This document shows positions 19,222 through 28,303 of a DNA stretch of 64,000 nt, in pieces. The notes below the pieces were generated by a model. That model saw nothing but the letters and a program-made list of their open reading frames with translations, ran no database searches and was not told the DNA's origin. The stretch's first letter is position 1. Each line of letters starts with the position of its first letter. The translations under genes were made by a program, and so were the position numbers. The DNA is from a candidate division FCPU426 bacterium (lineage in GTDB: Bacteria; Oederibacteriota; Muellerivitia; Muellerivitales; Muellerivitaceae), in contig CAVTWJ010000009.1 of the NCBI GenBank assembly GCA_963738405.1, forward strand, positions 64,001 to 128,000, written 5' to 3'.

Positions 19222-20832
19222 TCATGGAGTGACAGTCATGGTTTGAGTGGGTGTGGATGTACATGTTTGAGTAGCAGTAACGGTCGGGGTGTTTGTAGAA
19301 GTGAGTGTTGGAGTAACGGTGGAGGTCCAACCCATCCAATTGGTGGCTGAAGCGGTAGCCGTCATTGTCTGCGTTGGCGTAATTGTAGGAGTAAGAGATG
19401 GTGTGAGGGTTTCGGTATCAGTGATGGTTGATGTAAATCCCCCCAAATTGGTAGCGGTAATGGTCGGTGTAATTGTTGCCGTAAAGGTTTGGGTGGGCGT
19501 GAAAGTGTCGGTTGGAGTTGGAGTTATGGTGTAGGAGTTGGTGGGAGTTTCCGTCATCGTTTGGGTCGAGGTATTCGTTGCTGTGAAAGAAAGCGTGGCC
19601 GTAAAGGTTTCGGTAGTAGTGGAAGTAAACCCGCCCAAATTGGTTGCCGTGGAAGTGGCGGTTGGCGTATTTGTCAGTGTAGAAGTGGCGGTTTGGGTCA
19701 TTGTTTGGGTTGGTGAAAATGTGGGGCTATTGGTTGGTGTCACTGTACTGCCGATATTGGTGGGAGTGGATGTCATCGTTTGAGTCGGAGTATTCGTGGT
19801 GGTTTTGGTCTGGGTCACGCAAGGGGTGATGGTGACTGTTGGAGTCATCGTTTTGGTCATCGTGTTAGTGGGGGTTCCTTCCGGGGTGGCGGTCATTGTT
19901 TGGGTTGGTGAAAATGTGGGGCTATTGGTTGGAGTCACTGTACTGCCGATACTGGTGGGAGTGGATGTCATCGTTTGAGTCGGAGTATTCGTGGTGGTTT
20001 TGGTCTGGGTCACGCAAGGGGTGATGGTGACTGTTGCAGTCATCGTTTTGGTCATTGTGTTAGTGGGGGTTCCTTCCGGGGTGGCGGTCATTGTTTGGGT
20101 TGGTGAAAATGTGGGACTATTGGTTGGAGTCACTGTACTGCCGATACTGGTGGGAGTGGATGTTATCGTTTGAGTCGGAGTATTCGTGGTGGTTTGGGTC
20201 TGGGTCACGCATGGGGTAATGGTGGGTGTAACCGTTTGTGTGAGTTGATCGGTTGGAACGGGGGTAAAGGTAGAACTTTGGTTTGCCCCGACGCCCCAGG
20301 GTGAAAAATGGTTAGAAGTAACGGTAAAGACATGATTCACCGTGTCTTGGGCTTGAGTGGGTGCTTCTACCCAAGCGCTGCCGTTGTAAAAAATCACTTC
20401 CAATTGGCTTGTCGTAGAACCGAATGGAATATTGGCCGGGTTATAAGTGAAAAACATGGAGACACTGCCGGTCAGGGTGGCCGAGCCTGAATCGTAATAA
20501 TAAACATCCCCTACGGCTTTAAGGTAACTGGGCAGGGGTGGGGCGGTAGAAAAGGCGGCCTCCGTAATGCTTACTGTCGTGCTTTGACTCAAGACTCCCT
20601 GGGGAATAATGATTCCTGTTTGGTCGGGAAGAAAAATAGTCGCGCCCGCGGTTTTGTCGACAAACTCAGATTGGGTCGCGATGGGTACGGGTGTGGCGGT
20701 TGGATTTGGTGGTTTGGGGGAAGTGGGACTGAGGGAATAGGTTTTGCTGCTCGTGCAAGCCCAGCCAAGGAATAAAAGGATCGGCAGGACAAAAAGAAAA
20801 ACCAAAACAATTAAAGTGTGACGGGAGAACAT
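19222..20832 (-). CDS. Lipoprotein with ZU5-like domain and long Thr/Pro-rich repetitive tail
   Basis: LGWAC lipobox; IIIPQGVL...SNHFSPW domain; ~350 aa Thr-rich tail. Confidence 0.8.
   Translation of the reverse strand: MFSRHTLIVLVFLFVLPILLFLGWACTSSKTYSLSPTSPKPPNPTATPVPIATQSEFVDKTAGATIFLPDQTGIIIPQGVLSQSTTVSITEAAFSTAPPLPSYLKAVGDVYYYDSGSATLTGSVSMFFTYNPANIPFGSTTSQLEVIFYNGSAWVEAPTQAQDTVNHVFTVTSNHFSPWGVGANQSSTFTPVPTDQLTQTVTPTITPCVTQTQTTTNTPTQTITSTPTSIGSTVTPTNSPTFSPTQTMTATPEGTPTNTMTKTMTATVTITPCVTQTKTTTNTPTQTMTSTPTSIGSTVTPTNSPTFSPTQTMTATPEGTPTNTMTKTMTPTVTITPCVTQTKTTTNTPTQTMTSTPTNIGSTVTPTNSPTFSPTQTMTQTATSTLTNTPTATSTATNLGGFTSTTTETFTATLSFTATNTSTQTMTETPTNSYTITPTPTDTFTPTQTFTATITPTITATNLGGFTSTITDTETLTPSLTPTITPTQTMTATASATNWMGWTSTVTPTLTSTNTPTVTATQTCTSTPTQTMTVTP
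19690..20220. repeat. Intragenic tandem repeat, 195-bp (65-aa) unit, about 2.7 near-identical copies
   Basis: TITPCVTQT(K/Q)TTTNTPTQT...SPTQTMT recurs at 195-nt offset (e.g. 19796 vs 19991). Confidence 0.9.
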
Positions 20833-20991
20833 AGCGCCCCCTCCTCAAACCAACTTTGGTATCAAAAAAAGATATTGGCTCTTCATAATCTAGAGAGATA
20901 GATCCTTATTTTATTCCTCTTTTGGGGATAAAAATTCTAAAAAACACCTAAAATAAGCCAACGAAATGAAAGCAGGTCATGAAAGAGGCGA

Positions 20992-21471
20992 ATGATGCCG
21001 GTTGATTTCACAGTTTTTAAGGATGCCGTCCCCTATCGGGGCTTCAAAGACAAGGATTGGGACCTTTTCGGAGGGATTTTTCAGGAAAAATCCTTTCCTG
21101 TGGGCGCCCATGTTTTCAAAGAAAACGATCCCGGGGACGGACTTTTCCTCATTCGTTCCGGCAAGATCCGCATCAGCCGCCAAGTGGTGCCCGATGGCCG
21201 CAGGGAAGCCTATGAGCAGCTTTTGATCGTTCTGACCTCGGGAATGCTGTTTGGTGAGATGGCCATCGTGGATAACGCCCCCCGGTCAGCGGACGCGATC
21301 GCGGAGGAAAAATCCACCCTCTTTTGGATGCCCCATGCCGAGTACGAAAGGCTCAAAACCGAGCATCCGGCCACGGCCCTGAGGGTTCAGGATCTAGTAG
21401 TGGTGACCCTTTGCTCCCGCATCCGTGAAGCCAACCACAGCTTTGAAACTATCCGGTTCTGGTGCACTTAA
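20992..21471 (+). CDS. Stand-alone cyclic nucleotide-binding domain protein
   Basis: FKENDPGDGLFLIRSG, FGEMAIVDNAPRSADA phosphate-binding cassette; no HTH. Confidence 0.88.
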   Translation: MMPVDFTVFKDAVPYRGFKDKDWDLFGGIFQEKSFPVGAHVFKENDPGDGLFLIRSGKIRISRQVVPDGRREAYEQLLIVLTSGMLFGEMAIVDNAPRSADAIAEEKSTLFWMPHAEYERLKTEHPATALRVQDLVVVTLCSRIREANHSFETIRFWCT

Positions 21472-21492
21472 AACCAGTCCGAAGTTGGCAGT

Positions 21493-22512
21493 TTGCAGTC
21501 GGCAGCCAGTCCATCTCCCGTTGAAACGGCCCACGAAATAAATGAGAAAACCCCTGTGTTGAAAATACAACGAATCCAAACTGCCATCATGTTCATGGCA
21601 GTCTTTTCATTCTTAGAACCGGTGTGGGCAGGATCGAAAATAAAGCCCCCTGTTTTTCCTTCTTTAGTCCTCTGCACCCAGCGGGGCCACGTGGCCCATG
21701 TTTCTCAAAATAAAATCGATTTGGAATACGACGGGGACGGCCAAGCCCGTGAAATTCAGCCCCAGCCCGCCGAGGCCCGGGTACTGGTCACTGGGGGGCC
21801 GCGCCAAGTTTATCTTTTGCGCAAGGTGGACAGCGGTTTAAGAATCCTTTGGGACTGGTCGAACCTGGAGGGAGTTTCCATTGTCAGCGCCGCCGCCGCC
21901 GACTGGAATTTAAAGGGCGAACCCACCCTCATCCTCGCGGGGGACGCCCTCGGCAAACGGTTGATCTTGGCCGAGGCGAAATCCACCGGAATAAAAATTC
22001 GGTGGCAATATCCCCTTCCAGATCTGCCCGTGAAGGTAAAAGTCTGCCCGGACAGCGGAAATTTTCTTGTGCTTTTGGAAAACGGAACGATTGAGGAAAT
22101 CCAGTTTCAAGTGGATCAACTGGCATGGCAATGGAATGCGGACAAGGGATCGAGCTCTCTTAAGGACGCTCTGCGGGGCCCGTTAGGGGATACCTATGCG
22201 GTTCAAACCGATGGAATGGTACTTTGCATCCACCACGATAAAACCATCGCCTGGAAAACCCAGCTCCCTTTCCAAAACGCCGGGAGAAAACTGGACCAGG
22301 CTTCGCTTTCTCTTTATAAGAAAAAGGGAAACAGCTGGCTGATGGTATCGGTCCATGATCTAAAAGGACCGGGAGCCACAGATATTCTCTACCTGCTTAA
22401 TCCCGAAAGCGGAAAGGTCATGAATTTCAGTGATCATTTGGGAAAGGAAGTCTATCCCTTCTTAGCTTCCGCAGTTCCAGATGAACCCTTCTATTACCGG
22501 AAACAACAATGA
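21493..22512 (+). CDS. Secreted hypothetical protein, possible beta-propeller; true start probably 21556-21589
   Basis: Long ORF, signal-like segment ending VWA, recurring W-x-W/Y beta motifs. Confidence 0.55.
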   Translation: MQSAASPSPVETAHEINEKTPVLKIQRIQTAIMFMAVFSFLEPVWAGSKIKPPVFPSLVLCTQRGHVAHVSQNKIDLEYDGDGQAREIQPQPAEARVLVTGGPRQVYLLRKVDSGLRILWDWSNLEGVSIVSAAAADWNLKGEPTLILAGDALGKRLILAEAKSTGIKIRWQYPLPDLPVKVKVCPDSGNFLVLLENGTIEEIQFQVDQLAWQWNADKGSSSLKDALRGPLGDTYAVQTDGMVLCIHHDKTIAWKTQLPFQNAGRKLDQASLSLYKKKGNSWLMVSVHDLKGPGATDILYLLNPESGKVMNFSDHLGKEVYPFLASAVPDEPFYYRKQQ

Positions 22513-23615
22513 ACCCTATCAATCAATCCAAAGTCTGCGCGGCGCTGTTTCTTATTTTGACCTGCGGGTCTTTGGATTCGAGAGCCCGGGCCCAAGAGGG
22601 AAGTTTGTTTTCCGGAGAGGCGTCGGTGGAAGCGGGGTTGTATAGCCCTTCCACCACGGGAACCTATGGTCTTTCACGCCTTCTATTAAAAAACGAGGAT
22701 GACCTGGATTCGGATCTTTTGCTTTCCTTCGCCGGGGAAGCTGACGCACAGGCCACCGGATCCGATTTATCGCCCTCTTGGCCGGTTTACCCTCAAACCA
22801 ACGCCCTGCGGCTTCAAACCGATAATCTGCCCGGAACGGATGGAACCCTTTACAGCCTTCAATTGGACCGGGCTTTTATAAAATGGACCACCGGCCCCTT
22901 GGAAGTTAAAGCAGGCCTTCAGGATTTCGATTGGGGTTCCTCTTATCTTTACCGCCCGACGGATTATTTCTTTCCCGTACCTCCCCTGGTTTGGCAAAGG
23001 GACGAGCCCTTGGGAAGCGAGGCCCTGGACGCCTCCTGCTTCCTTTTCGAATTTCTAACCGCCGAGGGGGCGGTCCGCTTTCTCGATTCAGGAAGGGCCG
23101 AGGGAGTTATTCGGCTCGTGAACAAGGGGATTGGGATAGGGGTCAGCCCCAGTTTTGCCTTTTTGTCAAACCGTAACGGGGCGGGGTTGGAACTCTCCGG
23201 AACCTTTCCTGATTTTCAGGCCAGACTGGAGGGAGTGAACTGGTTTTACTCGGACGGCACGACCCGACTGGAATGGGTGGCGGGTCTTTCGACCGTGAAA
23301 AACCAAACCACTTTCAATCTTGAGTTTTATAAAGACGCTTCGGGTCAAGTCTTGGGCGGTTTCTCCAACGGATATACATCCGCTTCCTATTTTTTCGCTT
23401 CGGTTGAGAAGAGGTTTCCTGCAAAATGGGGGGCCTTCGCAGGTCTGCTCAAGTCGGTGGACGGGGGACCGGCCCTTTTTTGGATTAAGGCCGAAGTGGA
23501 CCTCGACCCGAATTTGGGCTTGAGCTACCAGGCTTGGCTGCCCATCGGGGCGGAGGACGGCCCTCTCGCGGGGCTGACGCACCGAAGCGGCATTTCCATC
23601 ACAGACACTTTTTAA
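22509..23615 (+). CDS. Putative outer-membrane beta-barrel protein
   Basis: Signal peptide, LDRAFI..KAGLQDFDWG..RPTDYF pattern, C-terminal Phe; ATGA overlap with upstream gene. Confidence 0.65.
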   Translation: MNPINQSKVCAALFLILTCGSLDSRARAQEGSLFSGEASVEAGLYSPSTTGTYGLSRLLLKNEDDLDSDLLLSFAGEADAQATGSDLSPSWPVYPQTNALRLQTDNLPGTDGTLYSLQLDRAFIKWTTGPLEVKAGLQDFDWGSSYLYRPTDYFFPVPPLVWQRDEPLGSEALDASCFLFEFLTAEGAVRFLDSGRAEGVIRLVNKGIGIGVSPSFAFLSNRNGAGLELSGTFPDFQARLEGVNWFYSDGTTRLEWVAGLSTVKNQTTFNLEFYKDASGQVLGGFSNGYTSASYFFASVEKRFPAKWGAFAGLLKSVDGGPALFWIKAEVDLDPNLGLSYQAWLPIGAEDGPLAGLTHRSGISITDTF

Positions 23616-23625
23616 CGGGGAACCC

Positions 23626-24216
23626 ATGGAACCAACTGTCATTGACCGCAAGGTCCTTCCGAACAACCTGATCATGATTGGGATGTTTGGGAGCGGGAAG
23701 AGCACCATCGGCCGCCACCTGGCCCAAAAAATCCGCTACGATTTTGTGGATGTGGATCAGTTGATCGAGCGCCGGTACCAGAAGCCCCTCGGCCGGGTGA
23801 TGGATATGCTGGGAATGAAAGGCTTCATGAAGGCGGAAGAAGAGGTGATCCTCACCCTCCGCAACCGCCATTGCGTCATCGCTCCCGGAGGAAGCGCGGT
23901 TTATTATCCCAAAGCCATGAAACATCTGAAAAACTTGGGCCCCTGCGTTTTCCTGAAGGTCCCCCAGGGGGAATTGAAGGCCCGCGTGGGGGGGCCGTTA
24001 AAGGCGCATGTGGTACGCCGGGGAGGAAGCACTTTGCGGGCGCTCTTCGCGGAACGGAAGCCCCTTTACGACCGTTACGCCGATTTGACCGTGGACGGCG
24101 CCAGCCATTCGGTCGAAAAGATATGCGGCTTGATCCTTTATCAATTGGGCGCGATTCCCAAACCGCCCAGGGCAAAAAAAACAAAATCGAAACGCAAGAG
24201 TCCCTTGATCCGCTAA
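23626..24216 (+). CDS. aroK: Shikimate kinase
   Basis: IGMFGSGKSTIG, DVD, APGGS, ERKPLY. Confidence 0.88.
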   Translation: MEPTVIDRKVLPNNLIMIGMFGSGKSTIGRHLAQKIRYDFVDVDQLIERRYQKPLGRVMDMLGMKGFMKAEEEVILTLRNRHCVIAPGGSAVYYPKAMKHLKNLGPCVFLKVPQGELKARVGGPLKAHVVRRGGSTLRALFAERKPLYDRYADLTVDGASHSVEKICGLILYQLGAIPKPPRAKKTKSKRKSPLIR

Positions 24217-24253
24217 TCCCTGGCGGCCTTTTGGGCTCCCTCGAGAAACAACC

Positions 24254-25021
24254 ATGGAAAATTTAAGAGTTTACGGTTCTGCCCCTTTCACAGTCACCCT
24301 TCTGCATGGCGGGCCCGGGGCGCCCGGTGAAATGGCCCCTGTTGCCGATGAACTGGCCCTGGCCCGAGGCGTTTTGGAACCCCTCCAAACCCGAAACACC
24401 ATCGAAGACCTCATTCAGGAATTAAAGATGATTTTGGAAGAGCATGCCGTTCTCCCGACGGTTCTGGTGGGATATTCCTGGGGAGCCTGGCTGGGGCTTT
24501 TGACCGCGGCGCGCTTTCCCAACCTGGTTCGCAAGCTCATCCTGGTTTCCAGCGGTCCCCTTGAGGAAAAATACGCCGCTGAAATCACCCAAACCCGTTT
24601 GAACAGGCTCAGTTCGGAAGAAAGGAAAGAGGCCCGTCACCTGTTGGGCAAGAAGAACCTCCAACCGGGTGAATTCGCCCGTCTGGGGGAATTGATGGTC
24701 CTCGCGGACGATTTCGACCCCCTTCCCCTGAAGCCGGAGGGGCTCCTTCTCAATCCGGAACAATTTGAAAGGATTTGGAATGAAGCCTCTGCCTTGCGGA
24801 AAAGTGGGAAACTTTTGGAGGAAGCAAAACAAATAACATGTCCCGTGGTCGCGATTCACGGCGACCATGATCCCCACCCCTCAGCGGGTGTGGAGGCCCC
24901 TCTAACGGGGCTTTTGGCTGATTTTAAATTCATTCTCCTCGAAAAATGCGGCCATACCCCCTGGATGGAAAAAAGGGCTCGGGAAACCTTTTTTAAGGTT
25001 TTGGAAAGGGAATTGGACTGA
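24254..25021 (+). CDS. Alpha/beta fold hydrolase
   Basis: HGGPG, GYSWG nucleophile elbow, HGDHD, GHTPW. Confidence 0.9.
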   Translation: MENLRVYGSAPFTVTLLHGGPGAPGEMAPVADELALARGVLEPLQTRNTIEDLIQELKMILEEHAVLPTVLVGYSWGAWLGLLTAARFPNLVRKLILVSSGPLEEKYAAEITQTRLNRLSSEERKEARHLLGKKNLQPGEFARLGELMVLADDFDPLPLKPEGLLLNPEQFERIWNEASALRKSGKLLEEAKQITCPVVAIHGDHDPHPSAGVEAPLTGLLADFKFILLEKCGHTPWMEKRARETFFKVLERELD

Positions 25022-25040
25022 GGAGGCGGCAGTGCCCGCC

Positions 25041-25778
25041 CTATTGAATGATCCCGTCCTTAATCCGCACTTTGCTTTGTATCGTCCGTTCACCCGATTG
25101 GATTTCAAAACTGTAGGCGCCGGGCGGGGCTGGGGTTCCGCTGTCGGTTGTTCCATCCCAAGTGAAGATTTGCTTGCCCGCTGGGAGCATTCCGTTAAAT
25201 AGGTGCCGGATGAGGACATGATCGGCGTCAAAGACCCTGACGGTCGCGAGGCCCGCTTCCGGGTTGTCCACGACCATCGAAAGCTGTTCGAACTGCTTTC
25301 CCCTAACCGAAAGGTTAGAGGCCGTCGGCACCGGGGGGACAGGCGGGGAAGAATAAGAGAATGAGGGAACTGGCACTGACAGCGCCGGGGGAATCCGGGA
25401 AGCCTTTTTTTCGACGGGGACCACCCGTAATTCCAGGGAGGGATGATCCTCGGGAAGCCGAGTCACCGAGGAAGCCGGCATGGGGCTGTGGTAATTGAGG
25501 AAGATTCCCACCAGATGAACCAAGAGGGCGATCAATCCCAGGTTTAACAAGGCTAAAAGGGACAGGGGAATCCAAGAACCGATGCTGCTCCAAAAACTCG
25601 TGGGAAGGGCGTGTTCAGCCCATTGGGGCTCGGCCTGGCCGGACTGGCGGTAAAGCTCGGCCATGCGGTCGGCCATCCGGCTTGCGGCATCGGGCGATTG
25701 ATCCAGAAGCCGGGTCAATTGGGCTTCTTCGGGGGCGCTTAACTCGCGCTTAAAATATTCTTCCACCAAATCGTTCAC
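25041..25778 (-). CDS. Putative anti-sigma factor with TM helix and C-terminal FlgD-type Ig domain
   Basis: Overlaps ECF sigma stop; short helical N-terminus, one TM, VRVFD..IRHL..WDGTTDSG..PPGAY FlgD-Ig pattern. Confidence 0.75.
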   Translation of the reverse strand: MNDLVEEYFKRELSAPEEAQLTRLLDQSPDAASRMADRMAELYRQSGQAEPQWAEHALPTSFWSSIGSWIPLSLLALLNLGLIALLVHLVGIFLNYHSPMPASSVTRLPEDHPSLELRVVPVEKKASRIPPALSVPVPSFSYSSPPVPPVPTASNLSVRGKQFEQLSMVVDNPEAGLATVRVFDADHVLIRHLFNGMLPAGKQIFTWDGTTDSGTPAPPGAYSFEIQSGERTIQSKVRIKDGIIQ

Positions 25779-26347
25779 GGTTTCGCTTCTTTCAATTCAT
25801 TTTGCATCAGCTGTTTCAAGGCTTTACGGCACCGGGCCAACTGGGACATCACGGTTCCCGGGGGGATTTTCAACTGCTGCGCAAGCTGGATGTAGCTTAC
25901 CCCTTCCCGGTCCCTCAAAATAAGGATCTCCTTGCACTTTTCTCCCATCGAGTCAATCAGGGTATTCAGTTTTAAAAGGAGCGCCTTTTTTTCCTCCTCC
26001 TCGTCTTTTCTCTTTTGAAACCAGCCGGACTGGGAAAGGGTTAATTTTTCCAAATCTTGCTCTAAGGAAGACAAGAGCCGCTTACGTTTGCGGAGCCTTT
26101 CGTAGCAAAGGTTGACGCAAATATGGTTCAGCCACGTGTAAAGGCTGGACTCAAACCGGAATTTTCCCAATTTGCGCCAGGCGATGATGAAAGTGTCTTG
26201 GACCACATCCTCGGCGTCCGAGTCCCCCGAACCCAAAAAGTGGACGCAGACGGGATAAAGCCGCCTGGCGTAATCCCCGTAAAATTGGGCTTGGGCCTCC
26301 CTGTCTCCGGCCAGGATCCTTTCAACCAGGCTCCTTTCGTCGGACAT
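25775..26347 (-). CDS. ECF-type RNA polymerase sigma factor
   Basis: DAEDVVQDTF region 2, YTWL, SYIQLAQQLKIPPGTVMSQLAR region 4. Confidence 0.93.
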   Translation of the reverse strand: MSDERSLVERILAGDREAQAQFYGDYARRLYPVCVHFLGSGDSDAEDVVQDTFIIAWRKLGKFRFESSLYTWLNHICVNLCYERLRKRKRLLSSLEQDLEKLTLSQSGWFQKRKDEEEEKKALLLKLNTLIDSMGEKCKEILILRDREGVSYIQLAQQLKIPPGTVMSQLARCRKALKQLMQNELKEAKP

Positions 26348-26688
26348 TTCTTCCCTTTCCTTATAGTGATTGATGGGAGGTTTTTATTCTTTCCCCGCCC
26401 ACGAATCTGAATGAACCCTTTTGTCCCTATCCGGGCTTGCACCCTGAAAATGCCTGGAGGGTTGGAATTGGAAAGCTTCCCTGCAAGGAAACTTTAGGAT
26501 GGAAATTCCACGGGCCCAATATTTACCGGTATTTTAAGTGGATTTGGGAAGATCGGGCCTCATTAAATCCAAACTATATTTTTTATTCGCGATGGAATAA
26601 AGGCGCGGCAAATGACGCCATATCAATCGCTCCGACCTTTCCGACGGCTCTGGCAAACGGAACAAAGGTTGGCGGCTTTCCTGGGTTC

Positions 26689-26719
26689 AACCCACCCAAA
26701 CCTCCATTGGTGGGTTTTT
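26689..26719 (+). terminator. Terminator-like hairpin upstream of gpsA
   Basis: AACCCACC..GGTGGGTT followed by TTT. Confidence 0.5.
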
Positions 26720-26806
26720 CATGTTCATTTACATTGAACTACTCTCCAGAGTGGAACGGCCCAAGGTTATAATAGGGGCCGGTAAGGGCCACTTTCGGGA
26801 GGGCTA

Positions 26807-27790
26807 GTGAAGACCGCGGTCATCGGTTCGGGCAACATGGGGACGGCTATGGCGCTGGTGCTGGCCGACAACGGCCACACGGTGGCTTGTTGGGACCATA
26901 TTCCTGAAGTTGTGGAAGACATCCGGAAAAACCACGTCAACCAGCGGTTTTTGCCCGGCATCAACCTTCCACCCGGGGTGACCGCCGACCACCTCTTGAA
27001 CCATGTGGTCAAAGAAGCCCAGCTCATCCTCGTCTGCGTCCCCTCCACCTATTTTGGCCATGTGGTGAAAAGTTTTTCCCCCTTCGCCATGCCCCAGGCT
27101 TTGGTCGTCGGCGCCGCCAAGGGGTTGGAAGCCTCCACTGGGAAACGGCTCAGCGAGGTTTACGCCGTGGCTTCCCCCCATCCCACCGAGAATTACCTGG
27201 CCCTCTCGGGCCCCTCCATCGCCAACGAATTCGCCCAAAAGCGCCCCACCGCCGTGGTGGTGGCCGGAAGCCTGTCCCACGCGCAAAAGGCAGCCGAGGT
27301 TTTGCGCAATCCCTATTTTCACGTTGAGGTAAGCGCTGATTTAGCAGGGGTGGAAATCGGGGGGGTGTTGAAAAACATCTACGCGATCGGATTCGGCCTC
27401 CTCGACGGGTTCAATCACGGCTCCTCCAACCTCAAGTCGGCATTCGCCACCCTGGCCCTTTCGGAAATGAAAACAGCCGCGGCCCATTGGGGCGCTAAGC
27501 CTGAGACCCTGGACGGCTTGGCGGGATTGGGGGACCTGATCACGACCGGATTCTCCCGCGATTCCCACAACCGCCGCTTGGGTGAACTCCTTGGAACAGG
27601 CGTTGAAACCGAGAAGGCCCTTTCCCGCTTGGGCGTCAGCCTGCCCGAGGGCGCGCAAAACGGCCCCATCGTTCTTCGGGCCCTGGGGGCGGGTTCGCCC
27701 ATCCCCCTTGCCCAGCTCATTCAAACCTGCTTAAATCAACCTTCCTCCCGGACCAAATTTATCGACGATGTCTGCCGGTTGCTGGCTTGA
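26807..27790 (+). CDS. gpsA: NAD(P)H-dependent glycerol-3-phosphate dehydrogenase
   Basis: GSGNMG, AKGLE, LSGPSIA, GGVLKNIYAI, GLGDLITT..SHNRRLG; RBS GGGAGG before GTG. Confidence 0.93.
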   Translation: MKTAVIGSGNMGTAMALVLADNGHTVACWDHIPEVVEDIRKNHVNQRFLPGINLPPGVTADHLLNHVVKEAQLILVCVPSTYFGHVVKSFSPFAMPQALVVGAAKGLEASTGKRLSEVYAVASPHPTENYLALSGPSIANEFAQKRPTAVVVAGSLSHAQKAAEVLRNPYFHVEVSADLAGVEIGGVLKNIYAIGFGLLDGFNHGSSNLKSAFATLALSEMKTAAAHWGAKPETLDGLAGLGDLITTGFSRDSHNRRLGELLGTGVETEKALSRLGVSLPEGAQNGPIVLRALGAGSPIPLAQLIQTCLNQPSSRTKFIDDVCRLLA

Positions 27791-27832
27791 GGGTCTCGAG
27801 GGGTCCATTCAGATTCCCGAAAGGCCGCCGCA

Positions 27833-28270
27833 ATGGGCATTGAGTTTGTTTCCCATTTTCCCGAGTGGCACCACCTTCTTCTAAAGGTCAAGGACGCCGA
27901 CCTTTCCATCCGTTTTTATTCCGAATTCTTAGGTATGGCCGCCGTTGTGGATCAGAAGGACAACGACGGCTGCCGTTGGGTCTGGCTCCGGTTTTCCGAA
28001 AATCCCACCGCGCCCTTCCTGGTTTTAATGGAGGAGGGAAGCCTTAAAAAAGGCGCGACCGCCCAGGCCACCCTGCCTACCCTTTCCTTTAGATTGAACG
28101 ACCTGAAACCCGTGGAAGAAATAGGGGCGAAGGCCAAACAAGAAGGTTGTCTGGTGGAGGGGGCGCATTACGGGGGACACATGAGGGGATATTTTTGCGT
28201 GCTCTCGGACCCCGACGGCAATCTGCTGGAATTCGCCTATGTGATCACCCCCAAACCCGGGCAGGCCTAA
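27833..28270 (+). CDS. VOC (glyoxalase-like) family protein
   Basis: HLLLKVKDADLSIRFYSEFLGM, DPDGNLLEF. Confidence 0.85.
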   Translation: MGIEFVSHFPEWHHLLLKVKDADLSIRFYSEFLGMAAVVDQKDNDGCRWVWLRFSENPTAPFLVLMEEGSLKKGATAQATLPTLSFRLNDLKPVEEIGAKAKQEGCLVEGAHYGGHMRGYFCVLSDPDGNLLEFAYVITPKPGQA

Positions 28271-28303
28271 GCGTCGTTTAACCCTTTAACGCGGGAGTTC
28301 TCC

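Noticed and set aside
19289..20173. Val-rich plus-strand ORFs
   Set aside because: Antisense shadows of the Thr-rich repeat gene
19690..20220. CRISPR array
   Set aside because: Repeats are contiguous in-frame coding units without unique spacers; no cas genes seen
26588..26622. Fluoride riboswitch-like words (GCGATGG..ATGACGCC)
   Set aside because: P1 stem and pseudoknot pairing are not satisfied and no fluoride-related gene follows
26437..26772. 111-aa ORF in the ECF-gpsA intergenic region
   Set aside because: TTG start, no RBS, no motif, runs through a terminator-like hairpin
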